From contig OZ024743.1 in the NCBI GenBank assembly GCA_964016885.1, positions 217,124,001 to 217,188,000 on the forward strand: a stretch of DNA of 64,000 nucleotides, read 5' to 3'. Positions 1 to 12,833 of this stretch are shown here, one piece after another; position 1 is the first letter of the stretch; each line of letters begins with the position of its first letter. Below the pieces are notes generated by a model. It was not told the DNA's origin, did no database searches, and worked only from the letters and a program-made list of their open reading frames with translations. The translations under genes were made by a program, and so were the position numbers. Source of the stretch: Eledone cirrhosa (lineage: Eukaryota).

Positions 1-1084
1 TATCTTGTTAACTTGAAAGGTCTGTGGCACCTCAGCTGTGACTGTCACGAATCACTAATAACTGCGACATTTTAGGAAAATAGGAAGTTCTCTATATATT
101 GTTGCAATAAAATTACAAATGACCCTGCTGTTTAGTAATGTCGATACTAAACATGAGGACGTTTCCCTTTTATCAAACAAATAACATATGCTTACGCTTA
201 CTATGACCCTCATATTCTCATGATCAGTACCATTACTTACACTGACAAATTACATGTTATAAAAGCAGTCACTAATTCTCTATCTCATGTTTAAATTACA
301 TTTCAAAATTGACGTATATGTTCAGTACTTAGATTATTATTGATATTTATTATATATGTAATGAGGACAATAACCCGTTCCACACACTTGAGCCATATAA
401 TGCAATGCTACATTAAATGACGTTTTTTTCATACCTTTTATATATATTCGGCAAACAATCAAGTTTCATTGTCATCTCAGAAAATATATTCTGTCTATCG
501 AAAGACATAACAATGAATATAGTGTGTTAATTGATATTTGGAGGGAACAGATTTAGAAAATTGTGTGCAGGAAAAGGGGTTGTATATTAGAACACACTTC
601 ATATGCAGTGTCATTTTTCAAATACAAGGAAAACCAGGGAATCAACCTGCGTTGAGACAAGAAATGCTGCATCAGAAATGATCTATTGACCTTTAAATAG
701 TTAAGAGAAGAAGAGGCTATTACACAAGACTGCCTTTTGTTCTTTACACATATTGTTGCTTTTAACACTACGATAGTTTTGTTTATATCCTACAGCGCAC
801 TGATCTACAGAAAGTATAAATATTTCGTCCATTATATTCAAGTAATTGGTTTAACCTATTCGACATCTCTTTGCGAAAGACACATTTAGCTGCAGGCCTG
901 TCTTCATATTGGAATACAGTATAGACAGATGACACAGCATTCAAACTAATCGCAATGCGAACATATATATGACATATATGATAACAAAGACATTTCTTGA
1001 AAACAAATATCTATAATTTTATATCTGCTCACACAGACAATAATACACACACATAGACACATATATATGTATATATATTTATAC

Positions 1085-1124
<40 letters not shown>

Positions 1125-1221
1125 CTGTGTGTGTGAGGGTGGGTGTAGGTGGGTGGGTATATATATATATATATACGTATATATATATATAAATATACGT
1201 ATATATATATTATGATAATAT

Positions 1222-1510
1222 GAAGGTGTTTGGTTTTGAGGTTAGAGAAATACACTCGCTCGCATGAGTTTGTAAGTTCGATGTGTTGTGTCTTGAGCAA
1301 GACACATTATTTTACGTTGCTCCAGTTCACTAAGCTGTAAAAGAAAATGAGTTGTAACGTCACTGGTGCCTTTCCTTTAAGTGACACCGGTAGTGTCCAC
1401 CGAGAAGACTGGTATACATGAACTAATGCTGATTTTCTACAAAAATATCTTGCCTGGGCTTGTGCCTTGGAGAGCAACATTCTATGTGCCATGGGGTCAT
1501 TCGTGTACGA
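1222..1510 (+). mobile_element. Decayed tRNA-derived SINE (family 1)
   Basis: Degenerate B box (GTAAGTTCGAT) followed by TGTGTCTTGAGCAAGACAC...CTAAGCTGTAAAA, which is also seen in reverse orientation at 26.3 and 38.9 kb. Boundaries approximate. Confidence 0.65.
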
Positions 1511-1759
1511 AAGTGATATTTATTAAGATAGCAAAACATCTTTCTACAAAAACAAATGAACATAAAACTTAAAAATAACAAGAGGTAAGAATCGTCGTTT
1601 AAATCTATGATGCTTGACATTTTATGGGCTATTTTCATTTACCTAAATATGTACCCTTGTGACATAGATAGACATACACACGCTTACACACACACAAACA
1701 CACACACACACACAGACACACACACATACACACATACACACACACATACACACAAAAAC

Positions 1760-1799
<40 letters not shown>

Positions 1800-4341
1800 T
1801 TGTGTCTGTGTGTAGCGTGCGTGGGTGTGTGCGTTTGTATAGTTCACTTACTCATTTGTGTTTGCATGTTGTCTGTGTAACTTGGTGATGTTATAAACAG
1901 TAAATGATTAATAGTCATAATAAACTATATTTGACACTTCTTCATTCGCGTCGTTAATCCTATATAACTGACATATAGAAAACATTTATATATCTATTAA
2001 AACAATATATAATATCATGGAGGACATACGTCATTAGGTTTCTGTAATATATCCCCTGCAAATGTAATCATACTAACCGGACAATATGCATATTTGAATT
2101 GGCAAATCTTCAAATCCATCATGATATTTTGGTTTTCTTCTGTTATTTCATATCTCGAAGTCCTTTTATATTTTTCAATTTAAATGTCTGTCTCACATAT
2201 ACTGTGACAAACACTCGCACACACACACACTCGCGCACACACATACACACACACACACACACACTCATGCGCGCATACACGCATACACACACATAAAAAC
2301 ACTCACGTATAAACACACTCACACATACACACACGCACATACACAAATACATACGACAATCATTCTTCGGGTTTCAGCATTAAATTTCGTACAATGTTTG
2401 TATGTGTAGTCACACTATATATTGGAGTGGAAAATATCCATATCAAAATCATTAAAATCTAATTTATTGAAGTAATGTTTTGAAAATACAGTTCCTAGAT
2501 ACAGAATTTAAAGATAAAATACAGAATTAAAAAAAATATAACCTTGATACAGATTCATTTTTTAATCAACAAAACCACGTAGATTTGAGATAACTGACAA
2601 ACCCCATGGAAGTAAGTTTACCGCTATGATAGCTTATTATATCCGGACAAAAATAAGTAAAAAATATTTCCACTAATTTTGTGATAAAAGTGGTTTATTT
2701 TTATTTCAAATGTACTATCGTTATAATTGGACTTCATTCTCGTTTATATATTGCAGTAGAAAATGTTTGAACAAAGACATGTTTATGAAAAATATTTTGA
2801 AGGCCTTTCGTATGTATTTTTAAATATAATACGTACATTTATATGTATATCGCTATTTCGAAACACTAATACAAACTTTTAATTGATGCTGGGCCGGGTA
2901 CCGCTAGCTATGCAAATGAGGTTCATCAGCTTATAAATATAAGCAGAATTTTATAAGAATCTAGGTTAGTTAAGCTTCAGCAACAATGGAGAGATGTGTA
3001 GTCGTGACAACCACTTATAATTGAGAAACAGTGGCCTCGTCGATTACTTCCCCTTGCTTTTGCTGAATCTAGCTAGGTATGTGACGTTCGTCACAACCTT
3101 AAAATCCATAGAGATAGGCCTTCAAATTGTTTTACATAACCATCGCTGTATTGTTAAATATACAATACGTACATTCATATATATATATATCCCTATTTCG
3201 GAGAATCAATACAAATGTTTAATCGGTAAATAGTTTCAGCTTGATTTAATCATCCTATAGTTATTTATGTGTTTTAGGAGTGCATCATTTCTCACATCAC
3301 TATTTATTTTTTTTTTTTTTTTTAAATTCACACCTTAGACATATTTGACGTTTTCCTCAGCTCATTTCCATATATTTACATTATACTCGCCATTAACCAT
3401 TAATATGTTAAATTGACTATGGAAAAGAAACTATACGTGAGTAGCTAGTGGTATCTTGTCGAGGTCTTATAGATGGAAACATGATCCATAGTCAACCATT
3501 TTTTGCTAACAAAGATCGGGCTTTCGTATTTCTATGCATATCGATTAACGTTCAATGGTTAATTCTTGATTTCTTTAAATTATCTCTCCTAATCTGTGAA
3601 AGTCACACAAATACGTATGTTTCCGCAATGATTTCATTTCCTTTCTTGAACTATAAGGGAAATGTAGAACGTGATTTAGATTTAGTGCATCTACCCAATC
3701 CATGTCATTGACTTATCTGAATTATTCTATATTTTTAAAATCCTCAAATAGGTAACTTGACAGCAGCGATAGTTTTCAGATATACTTGAACATATATATA
3801 TATATATATATATATCAGTTATATCTGTCTGTTTTAAAGATTGTCTCATGATTGTTGTAGCTCACTCGGTAAACTACTAGATATAATACGCTCATGTATT
3901 CAGTTATATCTTTATATTTTCTGAGGTCAAGTACTTTAGATTTTTATGCTGCTTTTTCTCTCAACATGTGTATGAAAACAAGTAGGAGTCTTATTCTGTA
4001 GCAGTGTACATAATTTATATATTTCTGCTAGGATATTTTTTGAATGATCTGAACAAAGAAGTCATTGTTATTAGCTTGCTATCCATTCATGTTAAAGAGT
4101 ATTGGTGTATATATGTACAATTTATACGCAGTACTGAGTGACAGCCAACAGAACTTTAATGACACATATTTACAGACGCGTACACCTACAGTTACAGATG
4201 CATTCACAGACTCTGTATTATGATCCTGTAAGTAGACATATACACATAAACACACATTAAAAATAACATGTCGATCCATACATAATGCCTTCACTCTCAC
4301 ACTATCTCTCTTACTCAATCTATACACACACTCACACTCAG

Positions 4342-4425
<84 letters not shown>

Positions 4426-4518
4426 ATATATATATATATGCATATATATATATATATATGTATATGTGTGTGAGTGTGTGTGTGTGCATAGATATATATA
4501 TATTTATATATATATGTA

Positions 4519-4572
<54 letters not shown>

Positions 4573-4611
4573 TATCCACATACATATATATATATCCATA
4601 TATATATATGG

Positions 4612-4657
<46 letters not shown>

Positions 4658-4667
4658 TCTATATATA

Positions 4668-4730
<63 letters not shown>

Positions 4731-4733
<3 letters not shown>

Positions 4734-5323
4734 AATATAAGTTTGTATACGTACATACATATATGTGTACAGACGTACAGTAGTATGCATATATATACAT
4801 ACATGCACATATATATACATACATGCACATATATATATATATATGTACGTGTGGGTTTATCGAACATTTATTATAAATTAGGCTGACCAGCCTAATTTCG
4901 TTTCATTCTTTTCCATTTATCGTTTTCGGTACGTCCGGCCGACTAACTCATTCAATATGCAAATTAGGCTGCTCAGCCGTTAATGTGCATAAGGAAAGTA
5001 TATACTTTCAAACATTCAATCATCTGACAGAAAGGTATACGATGCTGACGATTGCTAATAAGCTTGAAACTATTACATCGTTCCTGTGTCAGTGTTGAAC
5101 AAAAGGGCGACGATGGTTGCCGAGCACTGTACGGCGTAACGAACATCATAATAAATGTTCGGTAAACCCATACGTACATATATATATATGTGTGCATGTA
5201 TGTATATATATGTACATACTAGTGTACGTCTGTACACATATATGTATGTACGTATACATACTTATAGTTAGGTATCAGCCGTACTAAGATTGAGAAATGA
5301 AATTTCGTTTCATTCTTTTCCAT
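4731..5323 (+). mobile_element. Non-coding bipolar hammerhead element, family A (retrozyme-like, 407-nt terminally redundant unit)
   Basis: Flanked by (TA)n. About 4735-4874 is an inverted copy of about 5148-5266. The 23-mer AATTTCGTTTCATTCTTTTCCAT occurs at 4894 and 5301. Homologous to 26467-27148. Confidence 0.75.
5039..5081 (+). ncRNA. Minimal type I hammerhead ribozyme (family A; helix III mutated)
   Basis: ACGATG CTGACGA ttgc-taataa-gctt GAAA CTAT TA CATCGT. Stem I ACGATG/CATCGT is perfect. Confidence 0.7.
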
Positions 5324-5383
5324 ATATATATATATTTATATATCTATATATTTATATATATTTATATATACATATATGGATAA

Positions 5384-5421
<38 letters not shown>

Positions 5422-5431
5422 ATATATATAT

Positions 5432-5470
<39 letters not shown>

Positions 5471-5475
5471 TATAT

Positions 5476-5699
<224 letters not shown>

Positions 5700-5900
5700 A
5701 TACTTGGGGAGGGTAATATTTGTGTAATATTGCCAGAATTAATAACAGAACACACTCACTGTTTGGTTGGTTTTTCGCTTCTCGCTTCTGTGTCTTTTAT
5801 ATCGGTAATCTAACTAACTCGGTCGTCAATGTTGCCATTGACTGACCGACGGTCAAAAATAATACAGATACAATATAGACACAAACACATCTATATATTT

Positions 5901-5942
5901 TATCAAATCTTTCGTTGCACATCTGCAACATCGTCAGTGGTG
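5901..5942 (-). ncRNA. Degenerate hammerhead in PLE pLTR
   Basis: CTGACGA t GTTGCA-gatg-TGCAAC GAAA. Core and stem II are intact, while stems I and III are eroded. Confidence 0.55.
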
Positions 5943-6180
5943 CTATCGTTTCCGCCTGTTGTATTGTATGTCTACGCCATTTTTATTCAGTATGTCTATA
6001 TATTTATTTATTTATTTGCTTTTTTGTTTATTTTATTTTGTCTTCTTTGCGCATGCGTTTGCGTGTGTGTATAGTGTTTTGTTTGCTGTGTGATGGGTGA
6101 CTAGTGTGTGTTTATGTGCTTGTTGTTATTGTGCTTGTGTATGTATTTATTTATTTTATTTTATTTATTTATTTACTCAT

Positions 6181-7046
6181 TTATACTTCTCTTAGGTCAG
6201 TGTTGTTTATTTGGGTGTTGTTGTTATTCCATTTATTTTTTCTGTTTAGTCTTGGTCTTCTAATTTCTATTTCACTGGCCTCTCTGATTTTTCTATCTGC
6301 TGGGTCATTTCTATGTTTAGATATTATTCTAATTTCTATATTGTCTATGTTACCGTCATGTTGTTGTCTAGCATGTTCGTATAGTACTGACCCGTTTTTT
6401 TGTCCTTTTAGTTCCCCCCAGTGTTGGTCTATCCTTTCACCTATGCTACGAGCTGTCTCACCTATGTATCTTGTTTTCATGTTTCTGCAAGTACCCTATG
6501 TACATCTTATGCTATAGACTACGTTTCTAGTTTTACAGTTTATCCGGGGTTCACCTTACATATGATACATTTCCTATTGGTACAGTGGGTTTTCTTAAAA
6601 GGGTAGGTTTTGCTGATCAGGGATTTTATGGTGGTTTCTGGCTTTTCTACCACCTTAATTTTTAAGTGGGTCTTTCTCAGGGCCTTTCTACACTGGTTTG
6701 CTAATTTCCCTCCAGGGGTAGCGTCCACAAACATGAGACTCTGGTATCTCTAGTTGCCGTACCATGAGGTGGCTTTCCCCATCTTATGTCTAGCCCTATC
6801 TAAGCTATGCCATGATTTGCTCCTGCATAATGGGCAAATTCATTTCATGTCCAGTTCTATGAGGGTCTTATACTTCTCCATGGCTCCTTCGCATCCTCTG
6901 ACTCTGTCTCTTTGGTTGTAGCCAGAGAACTGCATGCGGTTGATGAAGTGTTGGATGTGTCTTTCCATTTCTGTTGGGTCGCACATGCGAGACACCTTCT
7001 TCATCACTCGTACCAAATCTGCGATCAGAATATTAAACTTTTCCAT
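6181..7046 (-). pseudogene. PLE RT thumb + GIY-YIG endonuclease remnant
   Basis: Three ORF fragments (6840-7046, 6540-6734, 6181-6480) collinear with the PLE protein, interrupted by stops/frameshifts. Confidence 0.9.
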
Positions 7047-7777
7047 ATATATATATGTGAATGTGTTCTGTTATTAATTCTGGCAATATTACACAAATAT
7101 GACCCTCCCCAAGTATATCAATATTTGTTTCGACACACGATTTCATATAAAAAACCTCGCAAAACTAATTCATCGCCGCTATATATATATATATATATAT
7201 ATGGGTATATGGATATATATATATAGAGAGAGAGTGAGAGAGAGATATCCATATATAATTATTTATTTGGGCACGCATTTTTACAGACATGCCACTTTAC
7301 TTTTGTTGAACGTCAAAGATGAGAATGTTTTCAATGACCAACACTAAATCAGTATTGGCATAAGAATCAGTTGAGTATCTGTGGTACTTTCAAGATATAT
7401 CATTCGATCCACGGTAGACAATTAAACTTACTACATTCCAAAATATATAATTCGAGAGGTTCCCTGTTTATGATTCTAAGTTGATTCAGTTACTGATAGC
7501 CAGCCTACATAAAATGAAAATGAAATTAAACAGAAATTAGACTACGCCCACCAAGATTCGTTTTCTCTTTCTAATATTCAGTAATTTTCTCTTTAATTTT
7601 ACTTTATAAAGGCTCTGTTCCATTTATGTCTATTATTTTTCTTAATGTCATATATTTTTACTTATTCGTCAGGCATTGTACATTCTCTCCTTCCACTCTT
7701 TCTTTATTTCAGCTAAAGATTTTAGATATCACACTGACTGAAAGCATGGATTCTATAGCACCACATATACATTAATC

Positions 7778-7780
<3 letters not shown>

Positions 7781-7851
<71 letters not shown>

Positions 7852-7857
7852 CCCTCT

Positions 7858-7950
<93 letters not shown>
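7781..7950. repeat. (TC)n microsatellite
   Basis: Direct observation. One example of many TA/CA/TC tracts (e.g. 4340-4730, 16660-16880, 42130-43290, 55980-56460, 58550-58800). Confidence 0.98.
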
Positions 7951-8788
7951 ATCACATACACAAACATACACACACACACATATGTAATTACTTATGTACA
8001 CTGACATAAACTATGTTAAACGTTGAGAGTTACCACTCCATAGCATTCCATGCACCAAGAATCTTACGTAGGAAAGCATATTACAAGAGAAACATCTTGA
8101 ATAAATCACGTAATAATTAAATGCACACATTACCATAGGTAGGCGTTTTTACTTAAATATTGCACTACTACATACCGTACGTGATTACATGAGGTATATT
8201 ATTTAGTTGAGGATTAATTAGAGACATAAAATAATCATAGAAAACATGTTTTTAGAGAAAACCGCATTCAAAGGGTAGTGGAACATACATAATATGTAGA
8301 AAATATAACCCACTCTGTATAATGAGGGAAGTTATTACACGTACATACTCAAACATATATAAAGACACACACACAATAACGCATACTCCGACAATCACAC
8401 TATTTCATTCACTCACACACAAATAAAAACACATTAATGTAAGTTTGCCATAAATACGGATAAAATCCTACATTCAAACGATCCCAAATACAAACATATA
8501 TACACATTCACGCACACAAACACAACCTGTTCTTATTATTTTCCTACTCCATATATGACCTATACTTTATCTTCTAACCTCAAGCGGACAAGAGAGTTTT
8601 CATTTAAATTTATACATTAATAACATTTACATTAAATGACATTATAAAATTGGTTAGATTCATAAACACCAAAGACAAACACATTTGTTTTCGCAATATC
8701 ATGACGTTTAATGGATCCAATTACACCCACACCGATTCACCGATTCACACACCAATACCTACACCATTATATCGAGCTCCACCAAAAT

Positions 8789-8880
<92 letters not shown>

Positions 8881-8900
8881 GTATATATATATATGGGATG

Positions 8901-9292
8901 TAGTGATGTTCTCACATAACGTGTTTCTGACATGACCGTGGTTGTATATTGAATCATCTACGAAATGTTCATGTAAATATACATTTTTGTAGACTTCCTA
9001 TGAGCTTTAAAAGTGGTGGTTTATCAACTTAGCATCAAAGCCAGAGCACCTTGATGGCACCATTTCTGGGTTTTAACATGTGTATAAAGCGGCCCACACC
9101 GCTTTGATGCTATGACTAACATAAGCTTATGAACATCACCAGATGAAGCTCATTTACAAATGAGAGTTAGTGATGTTCTAGCATAACGTCATTATATGGA
9201 TTGGGTTGTTTATTGATACATATACGAACATTTTATACAAATACACATTTTGTAACATTGGTATGAATTTTAACAGAGGTGATTGATCTACT
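8901..9292. repeat. Diverged direct duplication of ~125 bp (8901-9030 and 9168-9292)
   Basis: Both copies begin TAGTGATGTTCT..CATAACGT and stay alignable to ..GGT(G)..TTATCAACT/TTGATCTACT. Confidence 0.65.
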
Positions 9293-9618
9293 ACTACAAT
9301 GAAAAATTCTTCTTCACTACATTCTGCAGAGGTCTTTTCAGTTAATCAGGATCACCTTGTTAACAGCAATATACTCTTTGGTTCCATGGGAATTTTTTCT
9401 ATACCTCTTCTGCTCGACAGGTAGCATATCATTCTGAAGCAAGGGAACATATTCTTTGATGAAATGGGGTCAGTCAATATTTTCCAAAATTTAAGCAAAC
9501 CATCGTCCTATAATTCCCAATTAATGGACATTACCATTTATCCTTTATGTCAAAGCTGGAGTTTCTTGTGCTATAAATTCATTTAGGTGCTTCCCAAGCC
9601 CTAACCGAACACGTTTAA

Positions 9619-9672
9619 TTCTTCTTCTTCTTCTTCTTCTTCTTCTTCTTCTTCTTCTTCTTCTTCTTCTTC
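9619..9672. repeat. (TTC)n microsatellite
   Basis: Direct observation. Confidence 0.98.
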
Positions 9673-10379
9673 ACGTTTTATATTTATTATCCGGTGCTTT
9701 TGCTGCTGTATGCATATGATTTAGAATACTATGCATTTGTGTTTGTTTCGCGAATAATGTACATCATAGATAGGTAGGCATATCGACACACACGCAAATA
9801 TTATATATATTCACTTTGTTCTATTATGTAATGAGGATGCCATCGATTTTCCTTTAAGCATCTCCAGACTGAAGAGTTGTACTTGCTAGTAATAATAGCA
9901 GTTGTGTTGATGATTTCAAGGTTAAAGCGAACGTCTGTACTTGACAGTAAATAGAAAGGAAAGATGTGTGTATATGCCAACATTCTAAGCTGTTTTCTTA
10001 ATGTCGGTACCTAATCAATTTTCATTCCTTTCTTGGTCGGTAACATAAACTATTATTGAATACTAAAAATTGCTTTTATCCACGATGAAAGAGATTTATA
10101 TTGTGGTTATATATTAAAAGTCTCTCTGTAGGTCGTTCTCGTCTGTAGTCGTATTTTTATTGCTTGCTTTGATTGTGATACAGCCCTAAGCTGTGACTTG
10201 CTTATGTGCAATATTTTTAGTATGTTTTGTTTGAATATATTGTATGTCATGTAAAACGTCATGCTATTTTCTGCATATTTGTAAGTCTTGAGGTTTGGGT
10301 TATGTAATTGTATACATGTAGTGTAAAAATTTAAGAATACTGACAAGGAGCCATCTTTGTAGATGCTGCATTCGGGATA

Positions 10380-11400
10380 TCTCTCCAGAAATTGATATTT
10401 GGATAATTTTATCCGTATATTAAAATGTTATATATGCATTATCTTCTGTTGAAATGTTATCCTCTCCTTGGGATTTACTATCTTTCAGCATGTGCACCGC
10501 CTCTTCGATTTCCTTCTGGTGAATGTGGGTATCCTCATTTTCATAGTTCGTATTGGTGGAATTATTCAGAATGTTGATGTAATGTGTGAGTTTGAGGGTA
10601 TTATGGTCTTCACAATACTCAGACCATCGTTTGATGACATTGGCTTCGTCTGTGAGGAGAAAGTCAGTTTTCTCCTCAATGACAATGGTGGAACATTGCT
10701 TTCTTTTTATTAGCGTTATCAATGTTTCATAAGCAATCACGTTATTGCCCTTTTTTATTCCAACTTCTCTTACGCCTCTTTCATTTTCTCCCTAGCCTTC
10801 CTACTGATCTAACAGCTAGGTCTTCATTAAGTCATATCGTAAATCACATAGTTCCAAGATATCGTCAGTTACCTTTCTCTTTCTCCTCATCACTTCTAAA
10901 GCATGGAGTGCTTTCTTTACTTTGTCGGTGAAGGTGTACTATTTTCTAAAAGATAGAGGGCTGTAATCCTGTCACCAATGTTCATCTCGCAAACCTAGTA
11001 TCTCTTAGTTTCTTTACATCAAACCTGATATATATAATTCCCGTGTTATGGATATGTTTTTAATTTAAGCGTTAGTGCCATCAGAAACAAATCATGGCCA
11101 TTGTTGACATCTGCACAAGGGAATGTCCTAGTGCTGGCTTTTTTTATACTGAACTTAAACATTTATGATTCGAGCTTTAAATCAGTTTGTGAGTTATGTC
11201 ATTGGGTCCATGTCCTGTTGTTTTCCAGGAGGTCTTGTGTGGTAACAGCGTTTGCTAGGGTCAGCTTGTGGTGCAAGCAAATTCTAGGAGGCGGAGTCTA
11301 CGATTGTTTGTTTCTCCAATTCCAAATCGTTTCGTGGTCTCCGGCCTACTTTTGCATTCCATTCTCCTAAGCCAATGAGGATGTCTTTTTTATGAGCTGC
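10380..11400 (-). mobile_element. Decayed RTE-type LINE (APE endonuclease end and linker)
   Basis: Minus-strand remnants: ADVNNGHDL (SDH motif region), VIKRWSEYCE, EIEEAVHMLKDSKSQGEDNISTE (K.PG.D.I..E motif). Confidence 0.75.
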
Positions 11401-12536
11401 CCTGATGAATTTCATCCAGGGTCCCATAGAACTAGACCAATTTCTTGTCTAAAGAAAAACAAATTGGTTGCCATTTCTAGCCGGATTATCGACTAAATAG
11501 ACGTTTCCTCCCCGACTCATTACTATCGTAGTTCAGGCTAATCTTATTTTCCATGCTTGATACTATATATTTAATAATAATGCAAATGTTATTGCTATTA
11601 AAATCCCACGATTGAGAGATTTTTCTTATGCATGGTGACGTAATTAGAGAATTTGCTTTGCAACGACGTGGTTTTGAGTTTAGTCCATTTTCAGGGCACC
11701 CTAGGCATGTTTATTCTAATTTAGTCTCAAATCAACCTGCCTTTTGCGAGCGAAATGTGGTTTATAAAAACTCCAGAAATACGTGTTTTGGAAATGTGTG
11801 CGTCCAAAAGTAAATGATGGTAATAGACGACCTACATAAATCATATTTGAACAACGCCTATTCAGTTTCTGCGGTCTCCAGGAGTACTTTACTCGACGAT
11901 TTTTTCACATATTATTGTTAGTAATCGAGTATTATAATGGTCATTTGCTTATCCACAAAATCATGATACAGATTAACAATATCTCAAATGCTTCGTATAT
12001 AAAAGCATGCTCGTGCGATTGTGTATGTGTCTACACGTATCGCTATTTAAGTTTTGGCGTGTGTTTACGTACCGTTAGTCAAATACGATTTATAAATTCA
12101 TTAACGGATATAAACATATGGACTGGTGTCGATATACTTGACAAACACTCTTTAGAGTGGTGACCAAGCATAGCCGTAATCTATTAACTGAAAACATCGG
12201 TAAACGTATAAAAGAAGTATCTTCTCTCTCCCAGATTAGTTTTGATTGTATTTGTTGCTGCTACATTACATGAAAAATAGCATAATTCTCATCAGGTATC
12301 ATATCCTTTATACGGGAAATTCAGCATTTAGTTTTCAGAAATGTTTGCAGTGTCTATAATAAAAACCTTTTATCATTGTATTGAGTTAGAGCTAATTTCC
12401 CTAACGCTTTCCTTTGGGAAATTTATCTGATCCATAAGAAGATTACTTCCTTATGTAGTTCCCAGTTGTTTACTTCTACGCCAATTATTTTACCAAATTC
12501 AAATCCATCACTACTTATATATATATATATATATAT

Positions 12537-12763
12537 ATTGTTATACTTTGGGAGGGTCATATTGCCAATAAGAAACACACACACGCACCAGTTGCTTTCA
12601 CTTCAATTTATTATAATAAATTTATAATATATTTATAAATTTATAAATTTCTGGTTGGTTGGTTGGTTGGTTGGTTGGTTGGTTGGTTGGCTCCACAACC
12701 AGATAGTTGTTTATATTCAACACACTATTTCAGATAAAGAATCTTGCTAAACAAATTCAGAAA

Positions 12764-12767
<4 letters not shown>
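12537..12767 (-). mobile_element. PLE terminal remnant: pLTR end (minus) joined to the 3' tail (plus)
   Basis: 12537-12715 matches 43920-44080. 12715-12767 matches the tail at 47506-47558. Lies in (TA)n. Confidence 0.88.

Positions 12768-12833
<66 letters not shown>

Larger units (their letters stand above)
5694..7180 (-). mobile_element. 5'-truncated Penelope-like element with short inverted terminal arm (7057-7180)
   Basis: Minus-strand ORF pieces (ILIADLVRVM..HIQHFINRMQFSGY; CTNRKCIICK; YIGETARSIGERIDQH..PRLNRK) match the C-terminus of the PLE ORF at 45329-47089. Both ends lie in (TA)n. Confidence 0.92.

Noticed and set aside
2430-2908. Possible Helitron-like 3' end (GC-rich GCTGGGCCGGGTACCG followed by CTAG)
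   Set aside because: No convincing hairpin, 5' end or second copy in the window.
4079-4886. Long YI/IY, HT, CV, LS and ER-repeat ORFs here and at 41856-43009, 55977-56521, 58345-58937 etc.
   Set aside because: Translations of stop-free (TA)n, (CA)n and (TC)n microsatellites, not genes.
11400-11425. Isolated CTGANGA motifs (also ~29033, ~29208, ~53196, ~62580)
   Set aside because: No compatible GAAA with stems I-III, so expected by chance.
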